This document shows positions 1 through 10,900 of a DNA stretch of 64,000 bases, piece after piece. The translations under genes and the position numbers were made by a program. The notes beneath the pieces are model-generated. The model was not told the DNA's origin, did not search any database, and saw nothing but the letters and a program-made list of their open reading frames with translations. Origin of the DNA: Candidatus Eiseniibacteriota bacterium (GTDB lineage Bacteria > Eisenbacteria > RBG-16-71-46 > CAIMUX01 > VGJL01); NCBI GenBank assembly GCA_963792585.1, contig CAWBWI010000006.1, forward strand, positions 704,001 through 768,000, written 5' to 3'. Position 1 is the stretch's first letter, and every line of letters starts with the position of its first letter.

Positions 1-2
1 GC

Positions 3-2240
3 GAGCCCGAACGCGGAACCGAGATAGAGACTCACCTGACCCGCTCGGATTGGACCGCCCGGCGCTGCATCCATGGAGACGAGCAGGTCGTCGTAACCGT
101 CGCCGTTGACGTCACCGGCGGAGGTGACCGCGCGGCCAAAGTTCGCGTTCTGGTATCCCCCGCGAGCCTCCCAGTCCGCGAAGGCATCGGGTCCCCCCGC
201 CGAACCACAGAAAACCCGGACCCGACCTTCGCCCGCCGTCTCGCCGAAGCCGTGGCCACTAAGGATGATGTCGGAGAAACCGTCACCGTCGATATCAGCC
301 GAACTCAGGGAGTAACCGAGTTGCTCCTGACTGAGCGGTGAGCCAACAAAGGATGCGAACAATGCCAAGCCTGCGGATCCACCCTTCCAGAGCTCGACCA
401 TTCCCAGCACGAAGTTACCCTCACGGTAATTGGGGTCGGAGATCAGCAGGTCGTCGTAGCCGTCGGCATTCACGTCGCCGGCCCGACTCAATCCGTATCC
501 GTAGAGGACGGTGGATCCGGTGGTGTTGTCGGCCGGAAGAGTCTGGAACGGGACGTCCGAGAGACCCGTCTCGCTTCCCAGGTAGATGCGAACCACGCCG
601 CGTTGATTCGGACCGACGGTCTCCTGCGGGGCGCCGACCGCGGCATCATCGAAACCATCGGCATTGATGTCGCCGATGATCTCCACCGCCTGGCCGTACC
701 GATCGAAGTCATGGGCCCCGGTGCGCAACCAGGAGGGATTCGTCTGCGGCGGCCCGGCGGCACCTGCGTATATGAAGACAGCTCCGACATCGGGCAACGT
801 GCCGTCGAAACTCTGAGCACCCACCATGATGTCGGAAAAACCGTCCCCGTTCGCGTCCCCCGCGGTCACCACCGACTTGCCAAACAACTCTCCGAGCTGG
901 TCTCCGAGAAATGTGAAGGCCGCTGATGTCGGCACGCCGGCCGGCACCCCAAGAAAGACGAGCACCGCCCCCTCATCCGCTTGGTTACCGTCCCAGCCGA
1001 AGGCTCCAATGGCGAAATCGGCCATCCCGTCCCCATTGAGGTCCCCTACGGCTCCGAGGGCGTTCCCCAGGGCCCCTCCGACCTGGTTCGACTCGTAGAT
1101 CGCCACCGGTGTGGTCGAGATTGGCGTGGGGCTGCCTAGATACAGGAATGCGCGGCCCTCGTTGGCCTGTCCGTTGTCGAATGATTGCGCACCGACCAGG
1201 AAGTCGGCATAGCCGTCGCCGTTCACGTCGCCGGCATTGGCGATGGCCGAGCCGTAGGCCGCGCTCTCCTGATTGCCTTCCACTTGCCATGCCGGGGTCG
1301 TGGCCAGGCCGTGTGCTGAGCCCAGGTAGAGAAACACTTTGCCCTCGCTCGTTTCGCCATTGGTAAAGCGAAACGCCGCGACGAGGACATCGCCGAAGCC
1401 GTCGCCGTTCACGTCCCCGGCGGTCGAGACCTGGGAACCGAACCGCACTCCCGCGACATTCGATTCGACGGTCCAGGCGGGGGTCGTGGCGATGCCGTTC
1501 GCAGATCCGAGGAATACCTGGGCACAACCTTCGCCAGCCTGCCCGTTGCTGAAGGCCTGGCTTCCGACAATCAGGTCCTGGACGCCGTCTCCGTTGACGT
1601 CACCCGCACCCTTCACCGTCTGGCCGAACAGGGCGTCGGCCTGGGAGCCAACCAGAACCACGTCCGGCGATCCAAAGATCGTGTGATTGTCGCCGTAATA
1701 CACATGGACGGCACCCTCATCTCCCGCACCCGCCATGGGGATGCCGATGGCAAAGTCATCCCAGCCGTCGCCGTTCACGTCGCCCAGGCAGGCAACTGCG
1801 CTTCCGAGAAGTGCTCCGGCCTCATCGGACTCGAAGATCTTCGCCGGGGTCGTCGAGAGCCCGGCCGACGTGCCGTAATAGAGGTAGGCGCGGCCCTCCG
1901 TCGTTTGCCCGTGGGCGTAGAACCGGGCGCCGACCAGAAGGTCCGAGAACCCGTCCACGTTCACGTCTCCGGCGGTGATAGCGTTCTCGCCGAAGAGGCT
2001 GCCGCCCTGATCGCCGATGATTTCCGCTGAGGGTGTGTTCGAAATCAGGGGAGCCGCTTGGACTGGACCGCCGGTCCCGAGTGCCGCGAGCACGATCAGC
2101 ACCACAGCCGAATGGAACAACCAAGAACCAACCTCCAACGGCCGTCTGGCAAGGGGCAGACGCGCGGCAACACGGTTCTTGGCTCCGAGGGAAAGGGGTC
2201 CCGAGTTTCCTAACGGGCTCCATCTATCGGGGGATCGCAT
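3..2240 (-). CDS. Secreted FG-GAP/integrin-alpha beta-propeller repeat protein, 3' end beyond window start
   Basis: Manual translation from ATG 2240 (AAGGAG upstream): hydrophobic signal-like segment, then at least 11 GD(V/L/I/A)N(G/A)DG(F/Y)xD-type repeats. The frame stays open to the window edge, so it is absent from the ORF track. Confidence 0.9.
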   Translation of the reverse strand, partial: MRSPDRWSPLGNSGPLSLGAKNRVAARLPLARRPLEVGSWLFHSAVVLIVLAALGTGGPVQAAPLISNTPSAEIIGDQGGSLFGENAITAGDVNVDGFSDLLVGARFYAHGQTTEGRAYLYYGTSAGLSTTPAKIFESDEAGALLGSAVACLGDVNGDGWDDFAIGIPMAGAGDEGAVHVYYGDNHTIFGSPDVVLVGSQADALFGQTVKGAGDVNGDGVQDLIVGSQAFSNGQAGEGCAQVFLGSANGIATTPAWTVESNVAGVRFGSQVSTAGDVNGDGFGDVLVAAFRFTNGETSEGKVFLYLGSAHGLATTPAWQVEGNQESAAYGSAIANAGDVNGDGYADFLVGAQSFDNGQANEGRAFLYLGSPTPISTTPVAIYESNQVGGALGNALGAVGDLNGDGMADFAIGAFGWDGNQADEGAVLVFLGVPAGVPTSAAFTFLGDQLGELFGKSVVTAGDANGDGFSDIMVGAQSFDGTLPDVGAVFIYAGAAGPPQTNPSWLRTGAHDFDRYGQAVEIIGDINADGFDDAAVGAPQETVGPNQRGVVRIYLGSETGLSDVPFQTLPADNTTGSTVLYGYGLSRAGDVNADGYDDLLISDPNYREGNFVLGMVELWKGGSAGLALFASFVGSPLSQEQLGYSLSSADIDGDGFSDIILSGHGFGETAGEGRVRVFCGSAGGPDAFADWEARGGYQNANFGRAVTSAGDVNGDGYDDLLVSMDAAPGGPIRAGQVSLYLGSAFGL

Positions 2241-2485
2241 GGTTTCTCTCCTTGGGTAGAGGCTTGCCCGAACCGGAATCGGTTCGGCCCCGCCGACTGG
2301 CGGACTGACCGGCACATGCAACTCCTAGGCCAGGTGACCATCCACGGGGAGAGAAGGACTTAGCGGCATCCTGCGACGGCTGATGGGCGTGCGCACCGGT
2401 GTGCGGGTGTGCGCGCACACCATCCATGAGTCGGTCCGCTTCTGTTCAGATGGAGTCTTCGCGGAGCGCGGGATGCAGAGGTCGC

Positions 2486-3976
2486 TCAGCGCCCCGCTGG
2501 AGGCGAAGGCCCAGGGCTTCCGGCAGCCCGAGCAGGCTCTGTACCGCGGGTCGCTTCCAGTTGTTCTTGAAAGAGCCTGTAGGAGATCGTCGCGATGGCG
2601 AAGAGGATCCACATGAAATACAGGTACACGTTTCCACGCTGGTGATCTGAGCGCACCTGCGCCAACGTGAACTGGATGATCTGAATGTGGGCCAGAAGCA
2701 GCGTGATGCGGCTCAACGTCCATGGTGCCCGTGAGAATCTCCAGGCCAGCGAACTCTTCCAGATGAGCTTGCCCAGCATCCAAACCCATGTCGACAACCC
2801 CAGGATTCCGATGGTGTACATGTACCAGAGAAAAGCACTGTGGGGCCAGAGGTAGCCGAATCCCCCCCCACCAGCAATGTCGTAGAAAGGCCCATGGCCG
2901 ATCAACGGATGTTCCTGGATCTTGGACATGATGCTCGTCCACGCCACGACCCGCGTCTCCGGAATCCCCCGTACAAACTCACTTCCCAGCAAACGCGCGA
3001 CGATCCGGACGTCGGCGATGTTGCGGCCCGTATAGAGCTGAACGGCTCCGATGAGCAAGAAGATCCCCAGGAATCCAAAGATGATCTTCTTCCGGCTCAT
3101 CCGGTGACGTAGGAACCAGAGGGCGAGAAGACCACCGATAATCCAGATGACGGCGCCGCCCCGATTGACCGTCAAGACGAGCATGACCACTGAAAGAGCG
3201 GCAAGAGTGTAGTAGCCGATCCTCGCAAGCCCGCTCTTTGTTCGCTGGGCGAGGAGGATCTCCACATAGAAGACGATGGCGCTGAAGTCCGCCAGTAGCC
3301 CGTGTGAGCCGAAGACTCCTCCAATCCTCACCCCGGTAGGATCGCTTTGCCCGGCCCGGTAGATGAACCAGTCGGGGATCAGCAGTTTTCCGTGCGTGAA
3401 GAACTCATACAGAGCGGTGATGTCGACGAAGAGCGCGGTGATACAAAGGGCCTTCAGAAGCGAGTAAAGATGAGACTCCTTCTGAATGGCATTGACCAGA
3501 AGGACATACAGAAGCGCGCCGGCCGCGAGGAAGGTAGCGCTCTTCAATCCCTCGCTGAGGGCGCGGCCGGTGCTGACGTTGACGAAGGATAGCAGATGCG
3601 CCCCAAGGTAGAGGAGAATGGCCCAGTCGATAGGGGTGCGGACCGGGTGGGGCATCTTCCTCAGCCGCACCTGAACGAGCCACAGAATCGCGAGGAGGCA
3701 CAGGAAGATGACGTTCGTGTCTCCGATGAAGATGAAGGTCGGAGCGGGAAAGACAACGACGAAGAGGATCAAAGCCGACGCAAGCGGCAGGGAAGCGACT
3801 GCGCCAAAGAAGATGAGGCCGAAGAGCAACTTGATGTAACGGGGCGTCGGGTTGATCGACTGGTAGGCGACGAATGCGCCCAAGATCACGGCCAGCGGCA
3901 GATAGACCCATGGACTCTGGATGAGTTCCCGGAGGGATCGAGAATAGCCGATCTGCGTCCCGGTTCTTGTTCGCAC
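2486..3976 (-). CDS. O-antigen ligase/Wzy_C family polytopic membrane protein
   Basis: About 12 hydrophobic segments; 'NRGG', 'R..AW......I.EHPLIGHG' and 'PHS' motifs typical of WaaL/Wzy_C. Start uncertain (ORF open to 4087; GTG 3976 chosen). Confidence 0.8.
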   Translation of the reverse strand: MRTRTGTQIGYSRSLRELIQSPWVYLPLAVILGAFVAYQSINPTPRYIKLLFGLIFFGAVASLPLASALILFVVVFPAPTFIFIGDTNVIFLCLLAILWLVQVRLRKMPHPVRTPIDWAILLYLGAHLLSFVNVSTGRALSEGLKSATFLAAGALLYVLLVNAIQKESHLYSLLKALCITALFVDITALYEFFTHGKLLIPDWFIYRAGQSDPTGVRIGGVFGSHGLLADFSAIVFYVEILLAQRTKSGLARIGYYTLAALSVVMLVLTVNRGGAVIWIIGGLLALWFLRHRMSRKKIIFGFLGIFLLIGAVQLYTGRNIADVRIVARLLGSEFVRGIPETRVVAWTSIMSKIQEHPLIGHGPFYDIAGGGGFGYLWPHSAFLWYMYTIGILGLSTWVWMLGKLIWKSSLAWRFSRAPWTLSRITLLLAHIQIIQFTLAQVRSDHQRGNVYLYFMWILFAIATISYRLFQEQLEATRGTEPARAAGSPGPSPPAGR

Positions 3977-4172
3977 ACCCACCCCCGGTGAGTCCGGTCG
4001 TGACCTACGAAACAGACCCAATGGTCTTCCATTAGATCGGCAACCCTGCGAGTCCGCATGATAGATGCTGGCCCAAGGCAGCGCCACTTGACACCCCGTG
4101 GCGGGCCGGATCTCTACCGGCGGGGAGAGACGAATGGCGCTCTAACTATATTGTCTATATTGAGTTAGAATC

Positions 4173-5546
4173 TCAACGAACTTCCATGAGGTAGAGGAAT
4201 CGATCGGAATTGCGGATCTTCTCCGAGGCGAGGACTCGGTAGCGCCCTGTGAACGCCTCCTCGAACCCCTCGAGGGTGTAGTTCGAGAAGATGTCCTCGC
4301 GGGAAGCGAGGAGCTTCCGAACCTTCGGGTCCGTCTTCGGTACGAACTCGATGATCAAGTGCCTCCCTAGATCGGCAAAGTGCTCTGCGATTCTCGGCAG
4401 GGGCAGGTTGTTCGCGATGGCGAGATGATGCACGAGCGCAAGAGCCATCACGGCGTCCGCCGGACCTCGTTCCCGCAAGGACATCCGCTCCTCGTTGGCC
4501 CACCCAATCGATGCGCTCGGGTTCGTGAGATCGAGGACCAACGGAAGCAGGTCCGTTTCCTTGTCTCGAACGACCTGCCGATAGTTGAGTTCAACCGCGG
4601 CCGGGTCGACATCCCACGCAACCGTGAAGATTCCTTTCCGGCTCGCCAGGCGGCTGTGAAGACCCGTGTTTGCCCCGAGATCCCAGAGGGATTTTGGCGC
4701 CGCCTTGTCGAGAAAAGCCTCGACGAGCTGCTTCTTGTGCTCGAGCCCCGTGTTGTCATAGCTGTCTCCCTGGTAGTACTCGCTCCAGGTGGTTCCACTG
4801 GGAGTCCACCCCAGGCGAGAGACCAGACCGCGGAGGCTCTCGATGAAGTTCGCCAAGGCGCGCCGGCTGATCTGACGCTGCGTGCCCTTCGAATCCCCGA
4901 CCCGATCGGCGTACTTGCGCTGCATTCTCGCGTGCGCGTGGATGTGGAGCTGAATCGAGAAATCGAGCTTGGTTCGGGCAGGGAGCAGCTTCGACGCGAG
5001 TTCCAACGGGATTCCGTCGATGTAGATGCGCAAGAGCTGACTCAAGGAGACATCGCGGCGGGACATCAACGTCAACGGCGCCAGGAAATGTTGACAGAAC
5101 TGACGGTAGGCCACCCAAGGAGCACCATCGCGATACGACTCGAACGAGAGAGTGTCGATCAGTACCGGACGTCCCCTCACGAATTGAATGTTGTAGGCGC
5201 TCGCGTCCTTGAGGCACATCCCGCGTTCCAGGGCGCGCCGCTCAATCTCGAGGGTGAGAAGCGCCGCGTCCTTCAACTGACCGAAGCTCCATTCGTAGGG
5301 ATAGGAGATGAACGCGAGCTGCTCCGGAACGATGACCTTGTAGGCTTCGCCGGTTCGGGCCAGATCTCCACTGACCTCGGTGTGCTTCAGAAGGAGACCA
5401 GCCTCACTGAGTTCTTCGTATAGGCCGGAAGCGACCAGTTTCTCATAGTCGTTCTGGTAGCTTCTATTGACCTGCCGGTAGAGAACTCCCTCGTGCTTGA
5501 AGAGGAACCCGCTTGGATCTCGGAACGAGGCCCTGCTGTGGAGCAT
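4173..5546 (-). CDS. NoeA-like protein: N-terminal kinase-like domain plus C-terminal class I SAM methyltransferase
   Basis: N-terminal 'SFRDPSG' as in NoeA homologues; 'LKDASAYNI...LIDTLSF'; SAM motif 'WDLGANTG'; 'LALVHHLAI'. Confidence 0.85.
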   Translation of the reverse strand: MLHSRASFRDPSGFLFKHEGVLYRQVNRSYQNDYEKLVASGLYEELSEAGLLLKHTEVSGDLARTGEAYKVIVPEQLAFISYPYEWSFGQLKDAALLTLEIERRALERGMCLKDASAYNIQFVRGRPVLIDTLSFESYRDGAPWVAYRQFCQHFLAPLTLMSRRDVSLSQLLRIYIDGIPLELASKLLPARTKLDFSIQLHIHAHARMQRKYADRVGDSKGTQRQISRRALANFIESLRGLVSRLGWTPSGTTWSEYYQGDSYDNTGLEHKKQLVEAFLDKAAPKSLWDLGANTGLHSRLASRKGIFTVAWDVDPAAVELNYRQVVRDKETDLLPLVLDLTNPSASIGWANEERMSLRERGPADAVMALALVHHLAIANNLPLPRIAEHFADLGRHLIIEFVPKTDPKVRKLLASREDIFSNYTLEGFEEAFTGRYRVLASEKIRNSDRFLYLMEVR

Positions 5547-5598
5547 GTCTCAGGCTAGGTCCAGGAGGTGGATGCCATCGGCGGAGTCGTCGTCCCCG

Positions 5599-5814
5599 CT
5601 ACTTCCTGGGGCGTCGGAAGAGGAGTGCCAACCGGCTGATCGACTTGCGAAAGACAACGGCCACGGTGACCAGACCCGCCGCGAGAAGCTGAAGGATCAG
5701 GCTGCCCGTTCCTGGATCGATGTACGCGTACGCCTCCCGAGGGAAGAGTAGGAGGAGAAGTGCAGCGGGAACGCCCACCGCGCCAATCAATCTCAAGACA
5801 ATCCTCGCCACCAT
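5599..5814 (-). CDS. Small membrane protein with AYIDPGTGS motif
   Basis: 71 aa; GAGG upstream; two hydrophobic helices flank 'AYAYIDPGTGSLILQ'; basic C-terminus. Confidence 0.75.
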   Translation of the reverse strand: MVARIVLRLIGAVGVPAALLLLLFPREAYAYIDPGTGSLILQLLAAGLVTVAVVFRKSISRLALLFRRPRK

Positions 5815-6075
5815 ATCCTCCGGTTCATGATGCGGATCCGAATCGAGAGTTCCCCGAGGCCACAGTATCTATATCGGCGCAGCCGCCGCCAAATCAAGCC
5901 TATCCTCCCTTCGAGCGGCCTGTCCAGCGAGGAATCCCCCCGTGACGGGTCCACCGGACCTCTCTGTGACTCCACGGCTTGCGATCAAACTCCAGTCCTC
6001 TCCGGACACGCTGGCGAGAGGCCCGTATGCTTGACCCACCTGATTGGGGTGCCCTAGACTGCGATCCATGCAATC

Positions 6076-7746
6076 ATGGACTTGGGCGTGCGATTCCGCG
6101 CGCGATATGCAGCTCGAGGGGCGTCGGGGGCTGCCCGCCGCTCCGACGCGACTTGGAAGCATCCGGCTTCCGTGAAACCACGACTCCCCATCCACCCTCT
6201 TCTGCTCGCGCTCTTCCCCGTTCTCACGCTCTATCGGGAGAACATCGGAGAAATGCCGGTGACGGACATGGTGGGCCCCCTCTTGTTCGTCTTGGGCATC
6301 ACCGCGGCCCTGCTCATCCTGATGAGCCTCATCACGCGGCGCCCGGAGAAGACAGGCATCGCGCTGACGGCGTTTGTCCTCTTCTCGTTCTTCTACACGG
6401 CCGCCTTCGAGGCGCTGCAGGGCGTCCTCAATCCCCTCGGGCTCGTCCAGGCCCTGAAGAATCGGACCTTCTTCCCCGTGTGGGTGGTCCTCTTCCTCGT
6501 GATTCTGGTCCTCGTGGTCCGAACCGGTCGCGAGCTGAGAAACATGAGCAGGACGCTCACCATTGTCGGGATCGTCCTCTTCGCCATGGCGATCGTCCGG
6601 ATCGGGACGTTTCTGATCGTTCATCCGGATGTCGCCCGGGCGAACACGGACGCGATGAGAATGAATGCAATCGCGGAGTTCGGGGCCCCCATCGCGCTGG
6701 ACCGTCCGGCTGACCCACCCGACATCTACTACTTCATCTTCGATCGGTACCCAAGCAGCGAGGTCTTGCGGGACTTCTACCAATACGACAACGAGCCTTT
6801 CCTCGACATGTTGCGCGCGGCGGGGTTTCGGATCATCGATGAGGCCGTCGCCAATTATCCGATGACCCATCTGTCCCTGGCCTCCTCATTGAACATGAAC
6901 TACCTTGGCGCCACATACCAAGGACGACTCCACTACACGCCCTACGTGAGGCATAGTCTCGTCGTTCAGACACTCAAGAGAGCGGGATACCGGTACATCC
7001 ACCTCGGAAGCTGGTACGAGCCGACCCGAACAAGCCCCCTTGCCGATCGAAACGTCAAAGACCCTTTGATGATCTCGGAATTCGGAACGGCTCTTCTCGC
7101 TACCACGCCTTACCACCTGTTCGTTCCAAGCAACGACCGATACAGACAGGGGCTGTTCATACTGGATCACATGGAGCAGGTTTGTCGCGAACGTGGCCCG
7201 AAATTCGTCTTTGCCCACGTGCTGCTTCCGCATCCGCCCTATGTCTTCGACCGGGACGGGTCTCGGGTGCTGGACAGACAGGGCGCGTCGAGAGCGGAGA
7301 AAGAGAATTTCCTCAATCAACTTGAGTTCTTGAACGGCAGGATTGCGCGCATCATCGAAAGCCTGAAGGAGGATTCGCGGACGCCGCCGATCATCATCCT
7401 CCAGGGGGATGAAGGCCCTTACCTGGAGTTGGACGAGAAGGGGATCAGTGAGCCGGAGATGTGGCGCAAGAGGGCCGGGATTCTGAATGCCTACCATCTT
7501 CCGGGTGGAGACACGGGTCTCTATGACACGATCACCCCGGTAAACACGTTCCGGCTCCTGTTAAGCCGTTATTTCGGGGCCTCGCTCGATCTCTTGGATG
7601 ACCGGACGTACTACTGGTCTTCAACGAAGGCGGACGGCGGCATGACGGAGCCGTATGGGTCCTTTCCGTTCATAGAGATCACGAAGAGCCTCAAGTCTTC
7701 CGGCAAGGGGAAGCGGGCTCCTCGGGAGGAACCCGGGGACCGCTAG
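6076..7746 (+). CDS. Membrane-anchored sulfatase/alkaline-phosphatase-fold transferase (LtaS/EptA-like architecture)
   Basis: About 5 N-terminal TM helices, then 'PDIYYFIFD', 'NYPMTHLSLASSLN', 'HVLLPHPPY', 'IILQGDEG'. Start may be GTG ~6172. Confidence 0.8.
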   Translation: MDLGVRFRARYAARGASGAARRSDATWKHPASVKPRLPIHPLLLALFPVLTLYRENIGEMPVTDMVGPLLFVLGITAALLILMSLITRRPEKTGIALTAFVLFSFFYTAAFEALQGVLNPLGLVQALKNRTFFPVWVVLFLVILVLVVRTGRELRNMSRTLTIVGIVLFAMAIVRIGTFLIVHPDVARANTDAMRMNAIAEFGAPIALDRPADPPDIYYFIFDRYPSSEVLRDFYQYDNEPFLDMLRAAGFRIIDEAVANYPMTHLSLASSLNMNYLGATYQGRLHYTPYVRHSLVVQTLKRAGYRYIHLGSWYEPTRTSPLADRNVKDPLMISEFGTALLATTPYHLFVPSNDRYRQGLFILDHMEQVCRERGPKFVFAHVLLPHPPYVFDRDGSRVLDRQGASRAEKENFLNQLEFLNGRIARIIESLKEDSRTPPIIILQGDEGPYLELDEKGISEPEMWRKRAGILNAYHLPGGDTGLYDTITPVNTFRLLLSRYFGASLDLLDDRTYYWSSTKADGGMTEPYGSFPFIEITKSLKSSGKGKRAPREEPGDR

Positions 7747-7928
7747 GCAGTGGTCCGTCGATCGGTGGTCCCCATCTAGGAATCGTATCCGGGGCGTCGA
7801 ATCGCTCGGAAAGCGTTGCAGTTCGCCCTCACCCTGTGCAGTCTGCATGGCGTCCCGTGGCCACACCCGCGTAATCCCGCATCCTGACGTATCCACCGAC
7901 CGGAACGCTTCTTGCGGGAAGACGCGAT

Positions 7929-10900
7929 GTGAACCGAACCCTTCTCGTGATCGGACTGCTCTTCGGCCTCGCCGCCCCCGCTCTCGCGACCCGGGGCGTG
8001 GCCAACTATCCCAAGGTGCTCACCTACTCATCGGCCATGAGCGAACTCCCCCCGGCGGTTCGGGATACCCTCTCCTGGTACGACGTCATCGTTTGTATGG
8101 ACCGACCCACGACGCTCCAGGGATTGCGCGAGCGCAATCCGGACCAGCGCTACCTGTGGCAGGTCCAGCCGCAGTACTCCGAGCCCTTCACCGGAGAGAA
8201 TCCCTGGTGGTTGCCGGACACCACGTGGAGCGTGAAACGCCTCTTCATGCTTTACGTGAAGCAGAATGATTGGTACCTCCGGGACATCAACGGCGAGATC
8301 GTGACCGACGGCGTTCACCTGCTGGTGAACTGGACCCGTTACTGCCCGGTCGGAACCTATGGATCGGCCAAGGGCCTTCGCGCCTCCCAATGGATGGCGA
8401 GCGTGGGGCTTCCTGCCGTCATCCTATCCGGCCGAGGCATGCCGCCATGGAGTTGGGACTCTCACGACTCCTACAACGGTCTCATGTTCGAGATCCTCGC
8501 GGACTGCCTCGGGTCCTACGGATGGGGGCCGCTTCAGTATGCGGACCCGAATCAGGACGGCATCCCGGAAGGGGTCACGCACACGTGCACCGGTGGCGGA
8601 ACCGACGATCCGCTCTCGGTCCTCTTTCGTGAGGAGAACGAGGAGTTCTACGAGAGACTCTCGGCGGCGTTTCCCGCCGACTTCGTCTTCACCATCAACG
8701 AAAACACGAGCCCCGTAGGTCCCTGGTGGCGCACCCGTCTCTCCGGCATGAAGCTGGAAAACTGGATGCGCGGCCTCGGCGCCGGCTGGCTGGACTGGTG
8801 GGACTACTTCTATGGGATCACCCCACCGGATTTCCCGGGTGTGAATTGGGGTTCCGGGTACTACTGGGCCGAGCAAAATTACGACAGGCCCGTCGCCGAT
8901 CGGCTCAAGGGCTGGGACCTCTCCTTCATCGTCACATGGAAGGAGCAGAACAAGAGCGGGGTCGAGAACTTGCAGCAGATGCGTTTCGGGCTCGGCACCG
9001 CGATGCTTGGCGATGGGTACTTCAATTACAGTCTCGATGATCGTCATCCGCAATGGCAGCCGGAGTTCGACTGGGATTTCGGTGATCCCATGGGGGATTT
9101 CGCCCGCGAGCTGTATGGGTCGGACACCTTGTACGTCCGCACATTCACGAAGGGGATGGTCGCGGTGAATCCCAACGCGACCGCCGTGGATGACGTGCCC
9201 GCGCATGACTCGCGCTTCACCTTCTGGTTGCCGGTCGAGGATCTGCAGGGCGAACCGGCGGGGCAGGATGCGATTCGCGCAAACTGGACGACACCCCAGG
9301 GAGATCACAACGACGCGGATTCGTTCGAGCTTCGCTATGCGACATCGCCGATCACGATGGAGACCTGGGCGGACGCGGCGCCTTACGCCGGCAATCCGAT
9401 CATCGCGACGCCGGGCTCACCGGTCGACGTTCGCATCGACGGCCTCGCCTCGGGACAGACTTACTCCCTCGCGGTTCGGACCCGCACTCAGGGTCGGCCC
9501 GAGCCCATCCTGTCGAACATCGCGCAGGCGGCGACCGACGGGGTTCCGGATACGACGCTGCCGGGGATGATCGTCGATCTCCGCGCCACCGACGTGGGGC
9601 AGGACTGGATCCAGCTGGCCTGGACTTCCGTAGGCGATGACGGGGACATCGGCATCGCGGCCCATACCCGCATCCGCATTCTCCTGGACGACTCGATCGA
9701 GGACGAGACCGATTGGAATCGTTCGATCGTCGTGAACGGTGTGGGCGCACCCCGACCGCCGGGCGCCACCGACACGTACCGGATCCGGGGTCTCGCCGCG
9801 GGACGCAGCTACGGCATTGCCGTGCGTGCGCAGGACGACGTCGGCCACCTCTCGCCCCTGCACCCCGCCGTACAGGTTCGAACGGACGATGCGCCGCCCC
9901 CGCCACCGGTCGATCGCGAACCGCCGGCGACGATCACCGACCTCGCGGGAGAAACGGGGGACCCGGGTGAGATCCGGATCCGCTGGAGCGCGCCCGGAGA
10001 CGATGGCTGGGAGGGCCTTGCCGATCACTACCTGATCCGATACCTCCGGAATCGCGCCATCGCGACCGAGAGTGACTGGACCAGCGCCACGCCCTACACC
10101 CGGGACCTTCCCGAGCCAGGCGCAGCTCGGTCGCTCCAGAGCATCGATCTGACCGGCCTCACCCCCGGCGCCTCCTATGGCATCTGCGTCCGGGCGGTCG
10201 ACGATGGGGGCAACGTCGGCGGCATCTCGAACGCCCTTGTCCGCGCCGCAGGAGCGGAGACTCCCCCGCCTGTAGATGACATCCCTCCGAGCGCGATCGC
10301 GGATCTGGTCGCGGAATCGGTGACCGAGACCGGCGCGATCCTGACCTGGACCGCAACGGGCGACGATGGTGACCAGGGCACCGCGATGGTCTACGAGTTC
10401 GGGCTCCTGAGAGGCCGGGCGATCGCGGGCCAAGCCGACTGGGTTGCCGCCGATCCCAAGGATGTCGCCCTTCCGCAACCCGCTCGAGCCGGCACCAGGC
10501 AGACCTACTCCCTCACCGGTCTTGATCCGGGCACGATCTACGGGGTCGCGATGCGCGCCCGCGATGAGGCGGACAACCTGAGCCCACTCGGTCCTCCGAC
10601 AACCATCGAAACCGCGGCACCCCCACCACCTCCTCCCCCGGATCCGCAACCGCCGGCAGCGATCGCCGACCTGCGGCTCGTCGCGGTTGGGGTCGATACC
10701 GCCCGGATCGAGTGGACCTCTCCGGGGGATGATGGTGACGTCGGGCAGGCCCTGCTCTATCTGATCCGGCTTCGGGTCGGCGGCACCATCGCAACGGAAG
10801 CGGACTGGCAGGCGGCGACGGTAGTGGACACCTCCGGCATCGGTCTCCCCGCAACGGCGGGAACGACGGAGCAGTGGACCCTGAGGGGCCTCGCACAGGA

